A stretch of 64,000 nt of DNA from Candidatus Helarchaeota archaeon. Its GTDB lineage: Archaea; Asgardarchaeota; Lokiarchaeia; Helarchaeales; RDOG01. The translations under genes and the position numbers were made by a program. The stretch lies in contig JAHPZH010000006.1 in assembly GCA_019058315.1 (NCBI GenBank), positions 249,715-313,714 of the forward strand. The letters are read 5' to 3'. Each line of letters starts with the position of its first letter. Within the stretch, counting starts at the first letter, position 1. Positions 20,491 through 28,707 of the stretch are shown piece by piece. The notes beneath the pieces were generated by a model that worked only from the letters and a program-made list of their open reading frames with translations, had not been told where the DNA came from and ran no database searches.

Positions 20491-20570
20491 ATTTTCTCTT
20501 TTATAGAATTATTTAAAATATAAATATTTTTAAAAATCCTATCTATTTTTATTACTTATTTATTGATAAA

Positions 20571-21398
20571 TTAATCAATTGTACTTTTTCCACAAAGTAA
20601 ACAATTCTCTGCTCCTTCTAATTTCCACGTATCAATTGTTGAATTATATAAATCAATAATAGTTCGATTTGGAATTTCACTCCACCCTAATAAATAATGA
20701 ACCATATAACTAATAGCCATGTTGGAAACAATTGCGGCAGTATAATTTGTAGATGCTGCTAAAGGATGTTCCTGTTTATCTGCAATTTTATCAATTGGGA
20801 TACTATTTTGGTTGATAATATTGTTTGGAGAAAAAATACTCTGAAATTCAGTTGCAATTGAAGCAAGAGAGGCTTGTAAACATTCATAACATGGATAACC
20901 GTCTGGTTTTTGGTAAAGAATCATACCTGCATTACCACTAATAACATCAGTTCCAGCATAGATCATTGGTTTATGATTTTTTAAACAAAGAGAGGATACT
21001 GCTACTCGTTTAATTTCTGGGCAATCTAGTCCATTTAGAACAAAATCAGCTTCTTTGATTAGAGGAATAAAATCAGTCCAATTTTTAAAAATATCAAGAT
21101 CAATTGCTTCAATGGTAGTGTTAATTGCATGAAAAAATTCAAGATTTTTCTTAGCCACATTTACTTTTTTATTCCCAATCTCATTTTTATTAAATAATAT
21201 CTGGCGATTTAAATTAGAGGGTTCGATGATGTCATGATCAACTAAAACAATTTTTTTTATACCGAGTCTACAGCAACTCACAGCCATATGGGTTCCCATA
21301 CCTCCAACTCCTACAATTAGTATATTTTTCTTTAATGATTCTTGGTTCCAATTGGGAATTAATTTTTGACGATGAAAAAAATTCATATTTAAAACCAT
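20571..21398 (-). CDS. ThiF/MoeB/E1-like adenylyltransferase
   Basis: GVGGMG, DHDIIEPSNLNRQ, PCYEC, C-terminal CLLC; no Cys in the crossover loop. Confidence 0.9.
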   Translation of the reverse strand: MVLNMNFFHRQKLIPNWNQESLKKNILIVGVGGMGTHMAVSCCRLGIKKIVLVDHDIIEPSNLNRQILFNKNEIGNKKVNVAKKNLEFFHAINTTIEAIDLDIFKNWTDFIPLIKEADFVLNGLDCPEIKRVAVSSLCLKNHKPMIYAGTDVISGNAGMILYQKPDGYPCYECLQASLASIATEFQSIFSPNNIINQNSIPIDKIADKQEHPLAASTNYTAAIVSNMAISYMVHYLLGWSEIPNRTIIDLYNSTIDTWKLEGAENCLLCGKSTID

Positions 21399-21468
21399 CC
21401 CTAATTTCTTAAATATAAAAATTAATTATACATATTTGACTCTAATATTCTTCTATTAAAAAAAATAA

Positions 21469-22653
21469 GTGGTTTCTTTGAGTGAACTAAAGATTGAGGA
21501 CACCATTCTGTGTGTAGACACAAGTCGTAGCATGTTTAGAAAAGATTTTGACCCCAATCGAATACAAGCGGTCAAGAATGGGTTGAAAGAATTTGTACAA
21601 ATGAAAAACCAACTCGATGATAGAGATAGGTTTGCTATTGTAGTTTTTTCTTCAGAGGCTAAAATAAAATTAGAAATGACAAATGATGTTGACGATATAC
21701 ATAGCGCGATAGATACAATTAAAATTGGTGGTACAACTGGTTTAGGTGAAGGTTTAGCCGTGGGAATACAATTAGTTGTTAAAGAAATCCAGCAAGTTGG
21801 AGCTAAAGTTTATAGAATGTTAGTTATATCCGATGGTAAACCTTGGGTTTCAACAATAAATCCTCTGAAAATGAGTAAAATTGCTTCAGGACTTAAACTT
21901 TCTGTTGATACTATAGGTTTATTCGAGCTTGGAGTAGCTTATCAGGAAAGCATTTTAGAGAAGATCTCATCTGAGACAAATGGAGAATATGCAAGGGTTT
22001 ATGATACCACATCATTAAGAGAAAGTTTATCAAATTTTGCGAATAAAAAAGAAATTCCATATTCCGCATCTCAAGAAGAATTGGAGTCAACTACTGCATT
22101 ATTTCTTGAATCAATTGCAGGAGAGCTACTACATCCAGCAGATTTGTCGGAATCCCAAGAGCAGTTAATTAATCTCTTGTTAGGTAAAGAAAAAAATAAA
22201 TGTACTATTTGTTTTCAAGATATTTGCCCAATTTGTCACGGTCCGTTCTATGCGTGTGGTAGATATTGTCCAAATTGCAAAAGTCCTATGCATTTACATT
22301 GTGCAGCTGAATGGGCTGCCGCCACAAAAGCTGAAGGTGAAAGTGCTTTTAGATGCACACGCTGCTTCTTTTTATTAAGAGTCCCAAAATCAATAAGCAA
22401 AGTTAAACTAATTAGAGGCTCCCGAACAAGGACTTATGAGGAACAAACTCAAGACGTAACACGTTTTAAATTAATAAAACAAGATTCAGAGGATTTATTA
22501 AATTCAGTGTGCCCAATTTGCCATATGATATTCGAAAAACCGCCAGCTTATTATTGTCCAACATGTTCTACTTATTATCATCCTAAATGTCTTGATAAAT
22601 ATCTACAAAATGAAATGTCATGTCGTGTCTGTGGTAAGAAGATTGAATTATAA
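21469..22653 (+). CDS. vWA domain plus two RING-type Zn fingers (Ssl1/p44- or Rpn10-like vWA; putative E3)
   Basis: MIDAS DTSRSM, KDFDPNR, T, SDG; RING1 at 22201-22365 and RING2 at 22510-22632. Confidence 0.82.
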   Translation: MVSLSELKIEDTILCVDTSRSMFRKDFDPNRIQAVKNGLKEFVQMKNQLDDRDRFAIVVFSSEAKIKLEMTNDVDDIHSAIDTIKIGGTTGLGEGLAVGIQLVVKEIQQVGAKVYRMLVISDGKPWVSTINPLKMSKIASGLKLSVDTIGLFELGVAYQESILEKISSETNGEYARVYDTTSLRESLSNFANKKEIPYSASQEELESTTALFLESIAGELLHPADLSESQEQLINLLLGKEKNKCTICFQDICPICHGPFYACGRYCPNCKSPMHLHCAAEWAAATKAEGESAFRCTRCFFLLRVPKSISKVKLIRGSRTRTYEEQTQDVTRFKLIKQDSEDLLNSVCPICHMIFEKPPAYYCPTCSTYYHPKCLDKYLQNEMSCRVCGKKIEL

Positions 22654-22793
22654 TTAAAAATTAGAAAATTCTTCGATTTTCTGATAAGAAATAGCTTATT
22701 TTACAACTTTTGATTTCTTTAAACTGAAAAAGCAAGATTTAAATTAATTCTTGAACACCATTATTATAATTCATCTCAAAGGAGATTTATCAA

Positions 22794-23645
22794 TTGGACG
22801 AAAATTTAGCAAATGAAAAAGAGATAAACTGGACTAATATAGCCATTTGGACTTGCATTGGTAGTTTTTTTGCTATTGTTATAATTTTAGCACTATCCGG
22901 TACTAATTTAGGAGCAGAGTTAATTAAAATTGTTTATGGATTTAAAAATGCTTTTGGTCCTGAATGGTCATTATTTATGATTTTTATTGCTGTTTTTCTG
23001 ATTTCAATTTTTGGAAATCTTACTGTTATTTTTCCAGTTCCCTATACTATTGCGTTAGGTATCATAACGATTTTTCCTGAATTCGATATGACCCCAAGTT
23101 TGTTTAATCCTTCTGCAAACCCCCTTAATCTAATTCTATTAAGTCTTTTTGCAGGACTTGGTGCTGGACTTGGTGAAATTTCAGCATATCTATTAGGGAG
23201 AGGCAGTGCTAAGACCCTAGAAGATACAAGTTATGGTAAAAGTCTAGATAATTTAAAAACTAGAGTCCAAAGTGGCTGGGCTATTCCATTGATGCTTCTT
23301 TTCGCTGCAACTCCAATTCCAGATGATCCGCTATTAATAGTGTTAGGAATGGTGAGCTACAGCCTGACTCGAATGACGATAGTCTATATTTTTGGTAAAA
23401 TAACATTTTGTTTATATATTGCTGTATTAATTCGATTAGCGATACAAAATCCTGCTATTGCTAAAGTTATGGCATATTTTGGTCTTGATGTTCAAGCTAT
23501 TCAAATTTATGATTGGTTTGGTATTTGGGTATCTTCTGTTGATCCAATATCTTCTGCAATTTCTTGGATTGGTGTATTAGTATTTATAATATTACTGATT
23601 TTCGTTGACTGGAAAGCTGCATATCATAAATTGCGTAAGAAATAG
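22794..23645 (+). CDS. VTT/DedA (SNARE-associated, VMP1/TMEM41-like) membrane protein
   Basis: IFPVPY, GAGLGEISAYLLGRG, FAATPIPDD, GK. Confidence 0.82.
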   Translation: MDENLANEKEINWTNIAIWTCIGSFFAIVIILALSGTNLGAELIKIVYGFKNAFGPEWSLFMIFIAVFLISIFGNLTVIFPVPYTIALGIITIFPEFDMTPSLFNPSANPLNLILLSLFAGLGAGLGEISAYLLGRGSAKTLEDTSYGKSLDNLKTRVQSGWAIPLMLLFAATPIPDDPLLIVLGMVSYSLTRMTIVYIFGKITFCLYIAVLIRLAIQNPAIAKVMAYFGLDVQAIQIYDWFGIWVSSVDPISSAISWIGVLVFIILLIFVDWKAAYHKLRKK

Positions 23646-23872
23646 AAGTTTATTAATCTTTTAGATGTAATTAATCCAACCTATTAAATGAGATCAATTT
23701 TATATTGTGTAATTTTGTAAAAAATATCCTTCTTTAATTTATTTAGTTTCCTTTTTCCTTCTAATAAACCCCTTCTGAAATTTTATTCTTATTATAATCA
23801 GATTCGAGGTCTGTAAAATGGAAGTTTACTTTTTCTAGTTCCAAAATTTCATTTGCCCTAGATAATATTCAT

Positions 23873-24442
23873 TTACCTCATGAAAGAAGGTAAATGATCT
23901 GTATAAAATTTCAAATATTTTTCTAATATTGCTTTATCAGAAATCTTAAAACCCGTATTTAATTTTGTTATGAGTTCTGATTTTTTTAGAATTCCTGAAA
24001 CTAATAAAATATCTGTTTTATCTTTAATTATAAATGAAGAGTTAATATTGGGATTAATTATATGATGAATTTTTGGGATTGAAGCTAAAATATCAAATGA
24101 TTGAATCGTATCTTCTCCATACATTTGATTTCGTTCTGTTGTTATTATTGAAATAGTTTCTAAATAATCTAGTTTCTCAATAATCATATTCAATATATCC
24201 AAACTTATTGATTTAGATGCAACAATCAATTCAGTTTTAGAAGAATTTATAAAATTAGTGATTAAGTCATAAATTTTTTCATCATTTGGAGTTATTGATA
24301 TAGTTAGATGGAAATCTTGGCTATGGGAACTAAGAGCTTTAACTAATCTTTCCTCCAATTTTAAATTTTTTTCTCGAAGTTCTTTGATTTTATCCTGTAA
24401 ATTTTTTATCATTGTCCGATATGAATCAAAAGTTTCGGTCAT
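23873..24442 (-). CDS. Coiled coil plus degenerate PLD-like domain
   Basis: FINSSKTELIV...INSSFIIKDKTDILLVSG aligns with HxKxxxxD but lacks H and K. Confidence 0.6.
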   Translation of the reverse strand: MTETFDSYRTMIKNLQDKIKELREKNLKLEERLVKALSSHSQDFHLTISITPNDEKIYDLITNFINSSKTELIVASKSISLDILNMIIEKLDYLETISIITTERNQMYGEDTIQSFDILASIPKIHHIINPNINSSFIIKDKTDILLVSGILKKSELITKLNTGFKISDKAILEKYLKFYTDHLPSFMR

Positions 24443-24529
24443 TATAATTTCACCAAAAAATTAGTTTCTAATTATATAAATTAATTCTATATATTCTATT
24501 CAATTTTATCGGAAATAATAAGTTCAATT

Positions 24530-24910
24530 TCAACTAACTTTTGTCATTTCTTTAAATAATGTTGGGAAAATTTTTTTATATTTTTCATCTTCAAGGTTAG
24601 AAAGTATTTGAGCGGCTCCTTTCTTCAGTATATCTTTGAATTTCATTGTTTTTTCATCCCTTCTTAATATTAATGCAACTATATAGTTTGGAACGACTAT
24701 AATATTCTCCCCCATTCCACTGAAAAAACTTATAACTTTTTGGTCAGTTATCGTTAAAGATGCAAAATTTGGCTCTATATTGTTCATTCTATGACTTGCA
24801 TATATATTAGTTAATAATTTCGTAGTAATTTTTAAGTTTTTGGGATATTTTGCTACAAGGACCGCGCCAATTTCATTATCCCATTTTATAATTGCGATTC
24901 CTTTCGGCAT
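24530..24910 (-). CDS. Stand-alone uDENN/longin-domain protein
   Basis: IAIIKWDNEIGAVLVAKYP uDENN-type N-terminus; paralogous to the N-terminus of 27587..28705. Confidence 0.72.
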   Translation of the reverse strand: MPKGIAIIKWDNEIGAVLVAKYPKNLKITTKLLTNIYASHRMNNIEPNFASLTITDQKVISFFSGMGENIIVVPNYIVALILRRDEKTMKFKDILKKGAAQILSNLEDEKYKKIFPTLFKEMTKVS

Positions 24911-25077
24911 TTAAATCCTCATAAAGAATTTATTAAATAATATTATATGACGGTTTGATATAAAGTTTCATGATAAAAAAATTAAACTAGATGTTAGAAA
25001 TGGGTTAAAATACTTAAAAAAAGGATTTAAATAAATTACGTGTATAATATTTATTATTGCGAAATTATTATCTATAA

Positions 25078-26655
25078 TTATTCAATTAAACTAATTTTCA
25101 TTTGTGTAATTTTATATAAAATCTCTTTTTTTGCTATTTTTAATTCTTCAAATTTATTCTGATATTCTTCTTCAGAAATATTTTGGTAATTTGATTCAAG
25201 ATCTGAAATTTGAGCATTAATCTTCTTTAATTGTAGTTCTAGATTCAAAATATCCTTTTTTATGTTATTTTGTTTAATTATTACTCCTATGGGTTTGGAC
25301 TCACCATTTTCTTTTATTTGCTCTGGAACTTTCTTGATTTCTTTTACATTTTGATCTGATTTATTTAATAATGATGTGAGTTCATCTGATTTTACGGTTG
25401 TGGGTATTTTTACAGGAATTTCTGGTCCTAAAGGTTTGGGAGCTTTGGGTGTGGTTTTTTGTTTTATAGATTTAGGAATTTCTGGTATAGCTCCTACTTC
25501 TTTTGGAGTAACAGGTTTAATTTGTGGTTTTAATTCTTTGTGTTCATCAATTTTGGAGGGTTTTTCAGGTTCAGCTGATAATTCTTCTTTGAGTTTTTCA
25601 GTTTCTGAAATACTAATAATTTTTGATTTTATCCATTTTGCTCTTTCTAAAAATTCATTAGCTATTTTAGAATCTCCTAATTCAATACAATATTTTGCGA
25701 TATTTTCAAATATCATAATTGCAGTTTGAAATTCTCCATTTGTTAAAGCTTTTTCTGCATCCTCAACTAATTTATCACGATCTAATAATGGTTTTATTAA
25801 GGGAGATACTTGTGAGGTGATTCCTAATGTCTGAGCAACTATTTCAATCATTTTTGCACGATTATCTGGGTCAACAGCAATCATACCATGAGTTTTAGCT
25901 CCTATGAGTTTTTCAACTTCTTTCTCTGTTAATGCATCGGGAAGATCTTGTTTATTTGCAACTGCAGATAATCTAGCTGTAGGGACATTTTCATTAGTTA
26001 ATTTTATGAAAAATCTGGATTTCTCAATATTTCTTAATGTAGAATCAGTAATAATTAAAACTGCGTCAGAATCTTTGACGAATTTTGGCCATAGAAATGA
26101 AAATTGTTCTTGACCTGCGAAATCCCATAAATTAAAATGTAATTTGCCAATTTTCACCGTATAAATATCACCAGTCATGGTTGGATTATGCACTTTCGGA
26201 ATTTCATCCGCTCTAATTAATTTTGTAATTGTAGTCTTTCCTACTCCACTAAACCCTAACAAAGCAATTTTTGGTCTTAGATCCTTATGTATAAGATCTG
26301 AAATAGGATTTAAAGAGTCAAATACAGATGGATCATTTGCAGATTCAACAACTTTTTTAGAAAATAAATCTTGAAATTCCTCTTTTAATCTATCTAATTG
26401 TTTTTTAATTAATTTATCATTATCTGTAAGATCAGTAACAAACACAAATAATAAGTTCATTTCTCTAGTAGAAGTATATGAAACTTTAAATCGCATAAGG
26501 TCAGGTAAAACTCCTTCAAATACCTCCGGACTTGATTCAATTGAACTGCTAAAAGAAAATAAAATGGGTGCCAAGGTTTCCCAAGGAATGGCGTCTCCAA
26601 ATTGCCTCCAATATATGAGATCTGTACCCCTAAGGATATGAATTTCTCTCAACAT
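25078..26655 (-). CDS. Longin + Arf-like small GTPase + helical bundle + Pro-rich linker + coiled coil
   Basis: GFSGVGKTT, PT, WDFAGQ, NKQD; N-terminal longin-like LLFVFVTD...F..LF. Confidence 0.88.
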   Translation of the reverse strand: MLREIHILRGTDLIYWRQFGDAIPWETLAPILFSFSSSIESSPEVFEGVLPDLMRFKVSYTSTREMNLLFVFVTDLTDNDKLIKKQLDRLKEEFQDLFSKKVVESANDPSVFDSLNPISDLIHKDLRPKIALLGFSGVGKTTITKLIRADEIPKVHNPTMTGDIYTVKIGKLHFNLWDFAGQEQFSFLWPKFVKDSDAVLIITDSTLRNIEKSRFFIKLTNENVPTARLSAVANKQDLPDALTEKEVEKLIGAKTHGMIAVDPDNRAKMIEIVAQTLGITSQVSPLIKPLLDRDKLVEDAEKALTNGEFQTAIMIFENIAKYCIELGDSKIANEFLERAKWIKSKIISISETEKLKEELSAEPEKPSKIDEHKELKPQIKPVTPKEVGAIPEIPKSIKQKTTPKAPKPLGPEIPVKIPTTVKSDELTSLLNKSDQNVKEIKKVPEQIKENGESKPIGVIIKQNNIKKDILNLELQLKKINAQISDLESNYQNISEEEYQNKFEELKIAKKEILYKITQMKISLIE

Positions 26656-26772
26656 TGTTGTAAATCAAGTCCATTTCATTTTAGCATTATCTCATATTCT
26701 GATTAATTTAACCTTTCCATACATTTATATCTTTCAAATTTCATTTATGATTTATATTTATCAATTTGAGTC

Positions 26773-27273
26773 CTACGAAATATATTCAATCAATTTTTTT
26801 ATGTTCCCGAATTTTGGAGGTTGTATTATATCTAAATATTCCTCTAACTTTTTAATTTTTTCATTTAGACCTTTTAAATGATATTTATCTGATTTAATTT
26901 TGCTGTAAAAGAACTCTTCAACCTTTTCAGTTAATTTATTCAATTTATTTAAAATTGAAGATAGATCTTGTTTTGAATCTATAAGTGTAAGAATGTAATT
27001 TTCAGTCTTAAGTATAGAAAATATAATTTTATAATCCATATAATCAAAAATTATTTGATTTAAATTCTTTGAAACCGAACTACTTTCAAAATCTTTACTA
27101 ATTATGCCCTTTCCTTTGAGAAAGTCAAGGATAAACATATTTTCTGAAGTAGTTTTTTCTAAAGAAACTAAAACCATCCCATTCTGATCAATAATTAAAA
27201 TATTTTTTATTGAAATTTTTGTTGAAAAATTTTCAATTAAATTACTTAAGACATTTTTTGATTTATCTACCAT
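26773..27273 (-). CDS. Roadblock/LC7-like protein
   Basis: ILIIDQNGMVLVS...NQIIFDY...YILTLID topology; first gene upstream of the GTPase on the same strand. Confidence 0.68.
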   Translation of the reverse strand: MVDKSKNVLSNLIENFSTKISIKNILIIDQNGMVLVSLEKTTSENMFILDFLKGKGIISKDFESSSVSKNLNQIIFDYMDYKIIFSILKTENYILTLIDSKQDLSSILNKLNKLTEKVEEFFYSKIKSDKYHLKGLNEKIKKLEEYLDIIQPPKFGNIKKLIEYIS

Positions 27274-27573
27274 AAATTTTCCCTAATTATAATTTAATTT
27301 TTAACCAAAATGCTCATAAACTTCATTTATGTTTTAATTTTTCTAATTCTGCTAATATAATTTTATTTAATTAGATATATGATTTCTTATGTTAGCAAAA
27401 TCATTTTCATAATGAAATTCGTTACATAAATATTTTCGTATTAAAAATGTTTGATAACAAATCAAATTTGACTTGGATAATTTAAAAGGAATGCTTGATT
27501 AAAGACTTTAACTGGAATAAAAACAGTTGAGTTATATTAAGAAATTAAATTAATAAATATTAAATTAAAAACA

Positions 27574-27579
27574 AGGAGG
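27574..27579 (+). promoter_or_regulatory. Shine-Dalgarno AGGAGG preceding an ATT start codon
   Basis: acaAGGAGGaataaatATTccg; 7 nt between the SD and ATT at 27587. Confidence 0.75.
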
Positions 27580-27586
27580 AATAAAT

Positions 27587-28705
27587 ATTCCGATAGGACT
27601 TGTTGTTTTTACATGGGACGACAGAATTGGAGCAGAAGTAAAAGCAAAAATTCCAGAAGAACTACAAATACCTGAACAAACTTTAAAGCAAATCTATTCT
27701 TCTCATTTTCTTGAAGAAACTGGTGGTTTTCTATCTTTAATAATTGGAGCATTAAATGTAGCAAGTTATTATACAGGTTCAGATCTCAGCTACTTTGTAT
27801 CCTTATTATTGAGTATAGAGGAAGACCCCGATGATTATGAAGACGCAATAATTGATACTGCAAGACATATTATTACCAATTTGGCGAGTGACCGATATAT
27901 TGAATTATTACCGAATATGTATGACCGTATATCATTATATCCGAGCTTTGAAGATGAACAAAAAATTGCTCTTGCCTACACAGACGAAGTAAAAAGACTT
28001 ATTATAAATAGATTGGTTGAAGATGGTAACGCAACAAAAAATGACCTTTTAAATTGGCTAAAAGAAAAATTAGAAATTGAATACCTTGATATTGATGGTA
28101 TTCTTAATTCTTTGGTCAAATTAGGATTAATTAAAATAGCTTCAGTGAAAGGATTACCTAGTGAATCCGTATTTCTAACTAATGACGTATTTATAACTCG
28201 AACACCACCTGTAAATATAATAAAACAAGCTAAGGGTAAAAGAATTAGTGAAACTATGGGAACGGAGTATCTATCTAATGTGAAAGCATATTTTGAAAGA
28301 TACAAACCAAATTTGGACGATGAAAAAACTATTTCGGATATTATAGCAGATACAGATACTTATACAATCTTGAATTTACTAAGATTATCTCCAGTTACTC
28401 GTAGAGGATTAGATAAAGTTAAAAAGAAAGTCAAAGATCTTGATAAAGCTTTGAAAAAAATATGGTCTGGGGGAATAATTCAAGTTTTGAAGGATAAATC
28501 TGGTGAGGAATATTATTTCCTAAAAACAGATATTCGGATAGAAAAGTTCTATCCCGAATATTTAATTGATTTAATCCGCACAAGCTTTAATAATCGGACC
28601 GTAGCTAATCCAGTATTAATAGAACATCTCAGAAATCTTAAGGATATCTATGAATCGCAGCACGGAAAGGGAAAAAAGAAGAAGAAGGAGGAAAAGGGTG
28701 ATTAA
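27587..28705 (+). CDS. uDENN/longin plus tandem winged-helix protein (NPRL2/3-like architecture), 372 aa, ATT start
   Basis: Frame is open 74 codons upstream of the TTG at 27809: (M)PIGLVVFTWDDRIGAEVKAKIP...IYSSH aligns with 24530..24910. Two wH-like segments (LVKLGLIK; IWSGGIIQ). Confidence 0.78.
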   Translation: MPIGLVVFTWDDRIGAEVKAKIPEELQIPEQTLKQIYSSHFLEETGGFLSLIIGALNVASYYTGSDLSYFVSLLLSIEEDPDDYEDAIIDTARHIITNLASDRYIELLPNMYDRISLYPSFEDEQKIALAYTDEVKRLIINRLVEDGNATKNDLLNWLKEKLEIEYLDIDGILNSLVKLGLIKIASVKGLPSESVFLTNDVFITRTPPVNIIKQAKGKRISETMGTEYLSNVKAYFERYKPNLDDEKTISDIIADTDTYTILNLLRLSPVTRRGLDKVKKKVKDLDKALKKIWSGGIIQVLKDKSGEEYYFLKTDIRIEKFYPEYLIDLIRTSFNNRTVANPVLIEHLRNLKDIYESQHGKGKKKKKEEKGD

Positions 28706-28707
28706 CA

